Of a DNA stretch of 64,000 nt, positions 49,948-60,541 are shown piece after piece. Every line of letters begins with the position of its first letter. Positions within the stretch are counted from its first letter, which is position 1. The notes under the pieces were generated by a model that made no database searches, had not been told where the DNA came from, and was given only the letters and a program-made list of their open reading frames with translations. A program made the position numbers and the translations under genes. This stretch comes from Chrysemys picta bellii (Eukaryota): NCBI RefSeq assembly GCF_011386835.1, contig NC_088802.1:48546001-48610000 (forward strand), read 5' to 3'.

Positions 49948-51128
49948 TGTTGTTATAATCTGTATCTAAAAGGTGTCATGTAATATGTCATTGGAAAACT
50001 AATAACTCACTGATCATTAATATCCTTGTGTGATGTATGTCCGGTCAACCCTCAAAGGTTTATATAGATGTGCTAGAATTGTGACTAAAATGTGTTTTAA
50101 CCAGGTGTGTCAGGGGGAGTTTATCAACAGGGTTTTTTTTTTTTCCGGTTCTGCCAGCTTGAATGTGTCCCCATGTAAACGGAACAAGGTGTGACAAAGA
50201 CAAAGAAAAGCACGTATGCATGCCAGCCAAACAAAGCTATCAGAAGAGCAAGTGGGGGAAAAGGGGTCACTTAACAATCTCAACGACGGATGGAGACCGC
50301 ACCCTCGGGAAGCCTTCCTGCCTCTTGAAGCAGGGTCAATGAACTGGAGGAGAGATACTTCCCAAAGAGCAGGACAGAGAACTCCTACGTTATCCTTCAC
50401 CCAGAGATGGTGCATAACTATTGATGGGGGGGGCACAATTTAAATAGTGGTTATACGCAGCAGGGTTCAGGCCAGGGCACATAAACCCTGGCAGAAATCT
50501 TGGGGGGCACATGGCCCTGTATGTTGCCCCCTCTCTCCCCCAGTCATCACCTCTGGAGACAAGGAAAACGAGCACCTTGAACTCTGTGGAGATCCGGGCT
50601 AAGAGTTAGCCAGCTATTGCTGGGAATGGAAGATTGGTGAGGAAATTACCTTGAACAAAGACTGTAGCTTGTTAAGTTAGGTCTTAGCCATTAGCAAGCG
50701 TATTTTTACTTTTGTTTGTTTCTAACCCTGTCTTGAACTCACTTAAAACCTCTCTCTTTTGGATTGAATAAACAGATTTTATTTTTATCTAAACCAGCCC
50801 AGTGCTCTGACAGAATGAAGTGACTGCTAGCTCCAGTCAAGATAACAAGCTTCTGTTTCTGTCTCGTAAAGGAGCAGCGAACGTAGTCACTTCTGAGAGG
50901 TGAGGGCTGGACACTGCAAGGAGACAGTTTTGGGGAAATGTGGGATTAGGGGATGGTGGAGTCACTCTGCAAACAGTAATTGTGAAAGCCAAGGTGAGAC
51001 CTGCTTGCTTGTGTGTTAGTGTGTCCGGGCTCTGAGCCACAGCAGCATAGCATTAAAGGCACCCAGAGCTGCAGGGCAGGCAGTGACATAATCCCTTACT
51101 GGCCTGGGCTGACTCCCAAAATGTCACA
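49948..51128 (+). mobile_element. Probable solo LTR (ERV or Gypsy); 5' boundary uncertain
   Basis: About 1.2 kb ending ...ctcccaaaaTGTCACA. Contains a CATAAA box near 50479, AATAAA near 50767 and a T-rich tract typical of reptile LTRs. No TSD could be confirmed. Confidence 0.55.
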
Positions 51129-51169
51129 AGGAGGTCTGCAGGAAACTAGGGAATCTATATTACAATAGA

Positions 51170-51480
51170 AAGGAAGGATGGTTTTGTGGTTAAGGCAGTG
51201 GGCTAGGACTCAAGAGATCTGGATTCATTTTCCAATACTGCCACAGCCTGCCTGGCTGACCTTGGGCAAGTGACTTAATCTCTCTGTGCCTCAGTTCCCC
51301 ACCTGTAAAATGGGAACAGTGATGCTTCCTTTGTCTGGCTTGTTTGTATAGACTGTAAGCTCTTTGGGGCAGAGACTGTCTAAACCCACTGTATGTTTGT
51401 GCAGTGCTTAGCCCCCCCCCACCCCCACCTGATCTCAGATGGGGCCTCTAGCCATGACCAAATTATAAATAATAATTAAC
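51170..51480 (+). mobile_element. CORE-SINE with L2-type tail
   Basis: ggatggttttgtggttaaggcagtgg head, ccttgggcaagtgacttaatctctctgtgcctcagttccccacctgtaaaatggg CORE, tagactgtaagctctttggggcagagac tail. Confidence 0.85.
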
Positions 51481-53232
51481 ACTAAATGCAATACCATCCA
51501 ATATCCCTACATGAAGAGTCCAGCAAAGCAAGAAAACAGCAGCATTTCCAATGGCTATTACTGCATCAGATATTACTCTGCATGAGCTAATGGAGTGCAA
51601 ACATCCAAATCTAGGCATTTGTTTAAAACACAGACTCGCAGGCCTCGTCCTTTGCCATGATTCACAGCCTCCTGTGCTGCATGGAGTTGCTGAAAATCCC
51701 AGGTCCCATCTTCTTGGCAGACCAACCAAGTGAAATAGCACGGGGATTGATGGGACACAAGCTCTTCCTGTATGACATTGCTTGTGCATGCGACCTGGTT
51801 TCTCTAACTATTCTTCAAGCACGTCAGGTTTGTATCAGTATTCTGCAAAACCAAGAGGAAAATCCTGTTTATATATTACTTGCCTTTACTGATCTGGTGA
51901 ATATTTCAGAAGAGATGGAGCCCTGGAAGGATAAGCTCTTGCTGCTGAAGGATTTCATAAGACAGAGAGACAGGAAATTCGGCTGTGCGTTAACAAGTTC
52001 CAGGAACACAGCAGGCCCCGGCATGCATGGATCTGAAAGCTGATATTACTCCTCTGCAGGAGAGCAGAAGAAATGGAAAAGATAGAAGAAAGCAGACAAA
52101 GTCGTTGTGAAAGAAGCTCAGCATTGCACCTACCATGGATAAGTTGTAAATGCTTTGGCAATCAGCTAGTTTAATATGGTCTCTGCTTTCCTCTTCAAGC
52201 AGAGTGTGATGTATAATAGGAAGACAAAGGTAATAGTTCCAAACCAGGGGAAAAAAATCATCATCAAATCTCCCCAATTGTGTGTAAATCTACAGACCAA
52301 CCGAAGTTGTTGCTGAAAATGGAATGTTTTGAGTCAGTCAAAAGCAAACAGGTCAGCCTAAGCAATGTCTAAAACCTGAGTGAAACTCTGCAACAGAGCT
52401 GCAGCTTTTGTCGAGCTACGCACAGTACTTATCCTTGCAGCTATTGGTTTCAGATCAATCTCACCTGCTCTCTATTTATACATCTGCACTTACGCTCCGT
52501 CTTCTCTGAGACGTGCCCCTCAGGCTGCAGTAGAAGAGATCTATTTATTTTTATGGATGTCTAGACGGTTGTCTTCACATCAGACAATGCGACCACACAA
52601 GAAATTCAAAGGAAAAAGGCCATAAACAACTGCAAAACAGAGGCATCCTGGATGGTTTGAATTCTGTCCACTGACAAGGTTACCATCGCTGAGTAGGTGA
52701 ACTACCAGACTCTTACAGCCAAACATCAATCTCTCCCCAGTCTCCACAACACATCACACAAACAGGGGCAAGCCTGAAAGATAAGATACTGAGGGTCAAA
52801 ATTAGCCACACAGGTTCAGAGGGACTATAAAAAGAAAGAATCTTCTGAAAATTAGTGTAATTGATTAACAGGCAGTTATCAAGTGATCATAACAGATCCT
52901 GAGTTGAGTTTCTGACCCTTTCCTCTCTTAAATTAAGAGTAATATGTTTTAAAAGAAATAGAACTTTGAAACATCTTATGATTCACCACTGTAGAATAGA
53001 GTCTTCCTACATGTTTGATTATATGACCAGGTGACATGTGATGGTGATGGAGTTTCAACTCAAGACCGCAGAAAGAATCTGGGCTCTTAAACATGCATGA
53101 GTTTGGCTATGAAAAATCTACTTTCAGCGTAACAATGCGCACGCATGAACTTTTTTTTAAAGGGCGAAGGTTTTAGACCCTTTTTTCGATACCATTCACT
53201 AGAGCACAGCAAGAGGAGTCCAGGTATATTTT

Positions 53233-53382
53233 TCATAGAATCATAGGGTTGGAAGGGACCTCGGGAGGTCATCTAGTCCAACCCCCTGCTCAAAGCAGGA
53301 CCAATCCCCAGACAGATTTTTGCCCCAAATGGCCCCCTCAAGGATTGAACTCACAACCCTGGGTTTATCAGGCCAATGCTCA
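53233..53382 (-). mobile_element. Tortoise Pol III/SINE-like element, 5' end slightly truncated
   Basis: CR1-like tail tcatagaatcatagggttggaagggacctc joined to the reverse tRNA B box ggattgaactcac. Confidence 0.9.
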
Positions 53383-53430
53383 GCCTCCTTTCTCTAATTT
53401 TTCCATACCTCTGCCCAAATAGATGTAAAA

Positions 53431-53753
53431 TAGAGCTGGTCAAAATACAAAAACAACATTTCAAAGCTGCTCCTGTCCTGCAGGTTTTGAAACGCGCACA
53501 TTATTCATTTCTTCAAAAAATTTTCATTAATTTTTTAAATACAAATTCTTATCAAAAACATTAGTGACATTTCCCCATGTTTTCAGTAAATGAAAAATGT
53601 CAATAATAGATTGTAATTATTTCGATAAAAATTCTCATTAAAAATACGAGAAAAAATGGTGTAGAAACAAAAAAACATTGAGAAAAAACAACAACATTTA
53701 TTGTGGATTTCTTAAAGGCCATTTCTCAATGAAAAAAACTTTGCACCAGCTCC
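53431..53753. mobile_element. AGAGCTGG-ended non-autonomous DNA element
   Basis: Ends tagagctggtcaaaa / tttgcaccagctc, with an A/T-run interior. Confidence 0.6.
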
Positions 53754-55091
53754 CGTGTTAAAAGATTTTTGAAACTCTGACTATTCTAGCTTTGGAGGGC
53801 CAATGGGGCTGTATCTCAGGAACCCGTTGGTTGACTGACCTCAGATTTTCCCCACCAACTCTACCTCAGCCTCTGCCCTGGTCTGCTAATTTTCAAACCA
53901 ATCTGATTAACTAGGTGGTTTTTAGAGAGGATGCAAACTTCACCTTTAAACAGAAATGTTTAACTATGGAATAACCAGCAATCATTCAAGGGCTTAGACC
54001 CTGCTGTTACTGAAGTCATTGGCAAGGCTCCCAGTGACCTAGAGCAGAACCGAACACCAAGTCAATCTGACCATTTTAAGGCAAAGTGAGAAATAACTCT
54101 CTGCCATTACCCGAACGGTAACACTCAAACCAGTTGGAAGAACACTCTTTCAGCAGCAGTTGCCTCATCTTGAATAGCAAAGGAGCCTTGGGATTTTTTG
54201 CACAGGCCTTTAAGTGAAAGTAAGGCAATATACATATGAGATCAGCAGAAACTTCTGAAGCAAACCCAAAATGAGGACTTCTCATGGGCCCCTTAGAGGC
54301 TCTTAAGCTTTTTCTTGCCATTTTTGGTTTTCCAAATAATGTACATAAACCTTTATTGCCAATAGGTCTCAGTGGTATTTTTGTGGCTAGCAGGGTCACT
54401 TATAATGGAAATCTGAGCCAGGGATTAAAGAGGATACTATTTTTATGTTTCTTCTGGCAGAAATATCCTGTTCCCCATCAGCGAAACTGAGCTCTAGAAG
54501 AGCTCGCAAAGCAATCCAACTCCTTGTATGCCATTAGCATTTTCTTGGCTCTGTTCTGACCAATCTTGGAAGTTCTTTACCGTTCTGTTCTCCTACAGAG
54601 TGAAATTCACCCCAGTGCAGAGGGCCAGCACAAAGCCTATGCACTATTTACTGTTTTTAGAATTTAAGTGGCAGATAGGTCTTGTGATGGCTCTCTGAAC
54701 AGAATGAGTAATATTCCGCTAATAAAAGAACATGCAAAATAAGAAAAGAGGAAAAATATCACAGAGATAATATTCAGTTAATTAAATTAGCCTTGAATGG
54801 AAAGACAACAACCAAATGTTCCAGCTGAAGCCTACACACAATCAGCCAACCTCTGATGGTTCAGTATGTCAGTTGGGAATAGCTGACTTAATTCACTTTG
54901 AACATAGAGAAAGAAAAATATTTGGCACCTTCAGAAACTAACAAGGTTTGCAATATCTACTTATGTAGCCAGGTGACCTTATCCTCATTTCCTTTCTCCT
55001 TTTTCATCCTCATTTGCTGCCTCATTGTCTCAAATTAGATTTTAAGCTAATATCTCCGTATGGGCATGTACAGCATCTAGTACCGTGGGGC

Positions 55092-55985
55092 CCTGCGTTC
55101 CCCATCCGCCACGCAACCAGGACAAGCGCTGCAGGAAGTGCGGCTATGCCAACGAGACCCTCCCCACGTCCTGTGTGGATGCAAACGCCACTCCAGAGCC
55201 TGGCAGCACCACCACAATGCCATCCAGAACCGGCTGGTGAAAGCCATCCCACCGTCCCTGGGGAAGATCACCGTCGACTCTGTCATCCCCAGGACAGACA
55301 GCCGACTGTGACCCGACATCGTTGTGACGGATGCAGAAAAGAAGAAGGTCCTCATGGTAGACGTCACGGTGCCATTTGAAAACAGGTCACCGGCCTTCCA
55401 CGAGGCCCGAGCACGGAAGGTGTTGAAGTACATCCCGCTGGCTGACACCCTGAGAGCCCAGGGCTACGAGGTCCACATACACACCCTGATCGTGGGAGCC
55501 CTGGGCTCGTGGGACCCCCACAACAAGCCGGTACTGAGAGCATGCGGAGTCAGTCAACTCTACACCCGGCTCATGGGACAGCTTATGGTGTCTGACACCA
55601 TCAGGTGGTCCAGAGACATCTACACAGAGCACATCATGGGACACCGTCAATACCACGTTGAGTAATCGAGAACACTGACCAGGGAAATAACCCACTTCCT
55701 TCCCTGACGAACCAAGGGATGCACCCCACCCATGTACTTATTCGCTACACTGATACTGTCTTGGACTCTTAATACATTCCCTGGGTGGCGTACCCGAGCC
55801 CGCTGACGATTTAAAAACTCCCGCCCCCCAATCTGGGTCTATGCTGGTTATGTGATATGTATGTATCTCGTGAACTTCGTAACCGATACCTTTAATCCCT
55901 CATAACTCAAGCCGGACCCCAGATGCACAGTACCTTCCCTCTTAACTTGTGTATATTTAATTTTAAACATTAACTTTAATAATAA
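55092..55985 (+). mobile_element. Utopia/NeSL-clade non-LTR retrotransposon, 5'-truncated and inactivated (CCHC knuckle, restriction-like endonuclease, 3' UTR)
   Basis: Reconstructed reading DKRCRKCGYANETLPHVLCGCKRHSRAWQHHHNAIQNRLVKAIP...RL*PDIVVTDAEKKKVLMVDVTVPFENR...ARARKVLKY...IVGALGSW. It shows a CX2CX8HX2-4C knuckle, an RHN-like motif and a PD...D...K(xx)KY core. There are two 1-bp deletions and a TGA at 55309-55311. The AT-rich 3' end is ...taactttaataat. Confidence 0.88.
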
Positions 55986-56089
55986 TGGTGGTTAGCCAAC
56001 TACAAAAACTCAGTATCTCAGGTGTATTATTAAATACCCACAATTTAACATTGAATTATTTTAAAATACTGATTAAATATAATATATGG

Positions 56090-56340
56090 AAGCATGATCT
56101 AGTGATTAGAGCAAGAAGCTGCATGTCATGTTTCAGATCCCAGCTTCATCACTGACTTGCTGTGTGTAGTTTTGAGCAAGTCTCTTCTGCTCTGATAGAC
56201 CATTATGACTATTTCAGGTGCTCACCACTTCTGAAAAATCAAGCCATTCATTGTTCTGTGCCTCTGTTTCCCTATCTATTAAAAAGGAGCTACTGCTACT
56301 CACCATATTCTTAGCAACGTCATGAGTCTGAGTCAATATT
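56090..56340 (+). mobile_element. MIR-like CORE-SINE remnant (interrupted)
   Basis: gcatgatctagtgattagagca head, ttcatcactgacttgctgtgtgtagttttgagcaagtc, then ctgtgcctctgtttccctatctattaaaa. Confidence 0.6.
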
Positions 56341-57020
56341 TGAAAAGCAGGGAGAACCTCAAATGAAAGCCCTAGCGTAATGGACGCTGTGATTAGCTGT
56401 AGGGCTCCACAGCGTGTCTGACAGACTAGTTAAGGGAACCTTGTGGAACATATAGAAACAGTCGCGTTGCTGTGTTTACCTCAAACTCTATTTTTTAAAA
56501 CAGTGACAGCTCTGAGACTCCCATTGTCTCGGACTAATCTATTTTCCCCTCACCATTTTACAATGAGTCGACTGCTAACTTCCTGTCCAGAGCAAGGGTC
56601 AGGCACTCCCAGCAGAGTGAACACCACTGCTGATCAGTGAATTATCCAGCAGGGAACGGTGAGGTCAGCAAAGTCTGAAATCTAACCCTCCACCATTCTG
56701 ACATCATCGACTTTAGGATGCACCTGAGCTCTCTAGGCTTGGGGCCTAGCAGGCTAAAATCTGTTCCAAAATTCAGTTCAGTCCCATTCTACACCAGCAA
56801 CCCAGCAAGCCTTCCAAAGCGCAGAGGGGCTGGAATGAAAAACTGCCTACAGTTTTCTGTCTACAGCCTGCATTAAGCTGTATAGGTTTATGGTTTGTAC
56901 AGGTTTTAAAGTAGTTCATTGAAAGTTTCTGTCGGGCTGAACAAAGAAAATCCTATAATGCCATAAGGATTAATGGGAGACTCCGTGTTCGGTTGGTTTT
57001 GTCCCACATGAACATTTTAC

Positions 57021-57301
57021 CAGCATTGCTAACTCCAACCATTTAAAAATCATGAGTCTGGCGCCTCAAATTCATGAGATTGGCTGAAAAATCATGAGAT
57101 TATTGAAAATGAATTGGGGCTTTTTTCTTAGACTTCTGGTCTCTGAGCAGTTAGCGTCCCATTCAGATCACATTTTTGAGCTTTTCTCTGCAACCACAAG
57201 GGCTAGAAAATGAAAGCTGTGATTCTCATGCAGTCTCAACTCCAGCAACTGGGACTTTAAAAAAAAAAAAAAGCCACACATCCCAAGAGCTGGCAACACT
57301 G
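57021..57301. mobile_element. hAT-type MITE with CAGTGTTGCCAACTC-like ends
   Basis: Ends cagcattgctaactc / gagctggcaacactg and internal (a)atcatgag repeats. The TSD is degraded. Confidence 0.65.
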
Positions 57302-57349
57302 TTTTAACGGACGGTTTATTTAAAAGAAGAAGGAATAGAGTACAGCATT

Positions 57350-57652
57350 AGTTAGAGGCTGGACTGTCTTGTGGCTAAGGCAATGGGATTCAGTAGAACT
57401 TAATTCCAAGTTCCACCATGGATTTCCTGTGTGATCATGGACACATCACTTAAGCTGTCTGTGCCTCCATTCCCCACCTGTGAAATGGGGATAATAATCC
57501 TTTGTTGAGCCCACCTTTTGTCTGTCTTTTCTACTTAGATAGTAAGCTCATTGGGGCAGGGACCATCTTTTACTAGTGTTTGTGCAGCACCTAGCACAAT
57601 GGGGCCCTGAACTTGGTCGGGGAGGCTCTAGTGCTACTGTAATATAAATAGT
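57350..57652 (+). mobile_element. CORE-SINE with L2-type tail
   Basis: CORE ctgtctgtgcctccattccccacctgtgaaatggggataata, tail tagatagtaagctcattggggcaggg...gcacctagcacaatggggccc. Confidence 0.8.
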
Positions 57653-57836
57653 AATCATAGAATCCCAGGGTTGGAAGGGACCTCAGGAGGTCATCTAGTC
57701 CAACCCCCTGCTCAAAGCAGGACCAATCCCCAGACAGATTTTTGCCCCAGATCCCTAAATGGCCCCCTCAAGGATTGACCTCACAACCCTGGATTTAGCA
57801 GGCCAAGGCTCAAACCACTGAGCTATCCCTCCCCCC
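57653..57836 (-). mobile_element. Full-length tortoise Pol III/SINE-like element
   Basis: The reverse strand starts GGGGAGGGATAGCTCAGTGG (A box), has a B box variant GTGAGGTCAATCC, and ends in the CR1 tail ...TTCTATGATT. Confidence 0.92.
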
Positions 57837-58768
57837 AATAATAGATGGAGGGGCGGGGGATTTTTTGGAGCTCGGAGTACTTTGCCAAGTTCCTCCCTGG
57901 TGTAATTCCACTGAAGTCTTTGGTGTTACACCAGGGTGGAAATATCCCCATTAATGCTTAGTTCGTTTATCGTTTGAAAATTTGTTCTTTTTCTTGATAA
58001 CAATCTCTGGAGGTTTGGGGTTTATTAGACTCCAGGCCCGTTTGCTGCCAACACTTTTGAACCTTATGGTTTTGGATTCTAGAGACATTGAATTGGGACC
58101 AAAAAAGAGTTTGAGGCAAAATAATTTTCTGGGAGCTCGCATGGTAGTTATAATAGGTGGTTCTTCCATTTCAGCTGAGAAGTAGAAACAAAATAGGGCT
58201 CCAGCTTCTCATGGGGCCTCTAAGTGCCACCACAATACCAATTAATAACAACAATAATAATAATAATTAATTGGCTGGGCTGGGGTGACCAGCCAGCTGG
58301 GGAGAACTGACTGTGTTGTCGGATGAAGCAGGAAGTAAGGTGGATTTAAACTGGAGTTAAGTTAAGTTAAGGTGCCGGGGGTCCTATTGAAAGTCAATGG
58401 GAATTAGGTGCCTAACTCAGGCAGGTGCTTTTGAAAATATCACTTTAGGAGCCTAAATCACATTGGCTTTCCTTGAGACATAAGCTACTAAGTCACTTTT
58501 GAAAATGGGACTTAGCTGTCTTAAATCACATAGGCCTTGCAGCACTGAGCGGAGCAATGCCTAACCACCTTTAAATATCTAGGTCTTAATCCCTCTGTAC
58601 CTCAGCTTCCCCCCTTTAACAGGAGGGTAAGACTATTTGCCTATTTCATATGGTGTTGTGAAGCTAAACTAACATTTGTAAAGTGCTTGGAGATTTTTTA
58701 AATGAAGGCAATGGACAGTAATGTAAGTAATCATTTACTACGAGAATTATTATAAAAGCAGTTACACA

Positions 58769-58882
58769 GTGGGCTTGATTCGCCACTTACTTACACCACA
58801 TTTACACCAGCAAAATGCCACTGACTTCAGTGGAGTTAATCCTGGTTTACACCACTGTAAAAAGTGGAGAGTCAGACCCACT
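58769..58882. mobile_element. Short palindromic hairpin MITE
   Basis: Ends gtgggcttgattcgccact / agtggagagtcagacccac, with central ccactgacttcagtgg. Confidence 0.65.
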
Positions 58883-60116
58883 GCTTCTTGGAAATACTCA
58901 CACCAGAAGCAGGTTCTGCCCTGCTTCCATTGCCTGAGGGGGACCACTGAGAGTAGAGAACAGAAGAAAACAGAATGATTTAGGAGAGAGGGGAACAGAG
59001 AAAACAGAAAGGGAGGAATGATGAAAAAACACCCGTATTTGGGGAACAGGGACTGTCCCCCAGAAGGGGAATGCAGGATTTCCTGCTCTCTTTCAGAAGT
59101 CTCCAGCCACCACTGCCTTACAGCAGCTCAGTGATCACAGGTGTGAATCAGTGAGAGCTCTTTAAATATGACCATCACAGGCCGTATATTAATGTTGTCT
59201 GTGATACCCAAGCAGAGTTCTGCCTTGTTCCCCTCTGGAGTTTCAGATGGGAGAATTCAGAATATTCCTGTTCCCTGCAATGTACATCTGTGTTTATTAT
59301 TTTTTGGCCTGGTGAAGCTGACAATGTGCAATCCTATTCGCGTATTTTCTAAAAGAGAGCAGAGTTTGTTTATCTGTCAGCTCTAGATGCCAGTGCTTAG
59401 TGTGTACGGGGTGACAGGAAAATAAATGGAGCTATTATACCACATTTAGTCTCCTCCCATCCCCTGTATTTGTCTTCACTTCTTGTGTTCTAAAAGTGGC
59501 GCTGCAGAACACATGGTATTGTGTTCTGCCTGCAGTTGCTTTGATCCTTAACGAGCATGTTTTAAATACATGGCATTTTGCTTTAAGGACCTGATCCTGT
59601 ATTACCTCATAGACAAAAATTTCTATTGATTTAATTAGGATTGGCCCTTTAAAGGGAGACTGCTCCTGCTGCAATGGGCTGAACTGGTTCTGCATCTTCC
59701 ACGGCCTCCTTAACTGGGAGTAGTTCAGACTAACCAGGGAGGAATTGCACAGGTTAGGTTTTAAAGGCATATAAATAATTCCTGCAGTGTACAGAACAGG
59801 GCCAAAGAGAATTTATGAGGCTCTCTGGTGTGTATTTACAGTAGCTATGTAACTGTTCAGCCTTTGTTTTCTGTGTACTGGATTTTTAAATCTAAAGGTG
59901 AGAGCTGGTCAGAAAATGGGTAGGTTTTTTTCTATGGAAAGTGTCGACTTTTTGTCCAAAAATGGAAACCCCCAAATCTGAACATTGTCAGAGAGGGTCA
60001 GAAACTGACAAAAACAAACAAAACAAAATTTTGGCTGAAAACTGCCAAAAACCAAAAAAGTTTCAATTTCCAGCCAAAACATTTTGGGTTTTTGATTTTC
60101 CAATGATAAATACTTT

Positions 60117-60170
60117 AAAAAGAAAAGAAAAGAAAAGAAAAGAAAAGAAAAGAAAAGAAAAGAAAAGAAA
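60117..60170 (+). repeat. (AAAAG)n microsatellite
   Basis: About 10 perfect units, read directly. Confidence 0.97.
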
Positions 60171-60192
60171 CTTTCCATGAAAATGTATATTT

Positions 60193-60541
60193 TCATAGAT
60201 TCATAGATTCTAGGACTGGAAGGGACCTCGAGAGGTCATCGGGTCCAATCCCCTGCCCTCATGGCAGGACCAAATACTGTCGAGACCATCCCTGATAGAC
60301 ATTTATCTAACCTACTCTTAAATATCTCCAGAGATGGAGATTCCACAACCTCCCTATGCAATTTATTCCAGTGTTTAACCACCCTGACAGTTAGGAACGT
60401 TTTCCTAACATCCAACCTAAGCCTCCCTTGCTGCAGTTTAAGTCCATGGCTTCTTGTTCTATCCTTAGAGGCTAAGGTGAACAAGTTTTCTCCCTCCTCC
60501 TTATGACACCCTTTTAGATACCTGAAAACTGCTATCATGTC
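60193..60541 (-). mobile_element. Young CR1 LINE 3' fragment
   Basis: The minus ORF 60236-60613 contains DMIAVFRYLKGCHKEEGENLF...DRTRSHGLKLQQGRLRLDVRK...[21 protein letters not shown]. Tail (TCTATGAA)n. Confidence 0.95.

Noticed and set aside
51657-52043. 128-aa ORF as a host exon or gene
   Set aside because: No recognisable family motif and no convincing splice pair bounding a frame. The length is within chance for this sequence.
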